Source: Chiloscyllium plagiosum
Lineage: Eukaryota
Direction: 5' to 3'
Assembly: GCF_004010195.1 (NCBI RefSeq)
Contig: NC_057758.1
Span: 2,170,029-2,234,028 of the forward strand
Length of the DNA: 64,000 bases
Of this stretch, positions 63,867-64,000 are shown one piece after another. Made by a program: the position numbers and the translations under genes. The notes below the pieces were generated by a model, which saw only the letters and a list, made by a program, of their open reading frames with translations, was not told the origin of the DNA and made no database searches. Position 1 is the stretch's first letter; each line of letters begins with the position of its first letter.

Positions 63867-64000
63867 TGTAAAGACACGGTGTAACCTCCTCTGCTCAATT
63901 TAACGCAGTAACAAAGGAAATATTTATTCCGTGCAGTAGACTGGGCCAAGGACTAAAGTAAAAATTAACAACTTTATTTCTTAAAGTATAATGAAGAATA
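63867..64000 (-). repeat. 5' LTR (partial, runs off window) of the 56669-64000 Gypsy element
   Basis: Begins TGTA next to the PBS; homologous to 56669-56820. Confidence 0.8.

Overview
Repeat-dense vertebrate genomic DNA, almost certainly from an elasmobranch (shark/ray). This is inferred from an HE1-type V-SINE and HER1/CR1 LINE tails with (TTAGA)n/(CATAGA)n ends. Most of the window is nested, decayed retroelements: (i) a class I (gamma/epsilon-like, fish-type) endogenous retrovirus gag-pro-pol relic on the minus strand (1-~5.5 kb), split by a CR1 insertion, with a degenerate 2H-phosphoesterase-like segment between protease and RT; (ii) four Gmr1-type Gypsy LTR retrotransposon relics with integrase upstream of RT, two with a tRNA-Pro PBS; (iii) several Penelope-like elements (RT + GIY-YIG) whose terminal repeats carry minimal hammerhead ribozyme motifs; (iv) many CR1, L1-like and L2 LINE fragments, SINEs and LINE-derived minisatellites. 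The only convincing host-gene piece is an isolated first coding exon of a GPR139/142-like orphan GPCR (46894-47158), whose N-terminus is built from 42-bp repeats; its second exon was not found. There is also a tRNA-Leu-like relic, an old duplicated block and a 777-N assembly gap inside an inverted-repeat Penelope element. All calls come from reading motifs by eye; no searches were run, and boundaries of old repeats are approximate.
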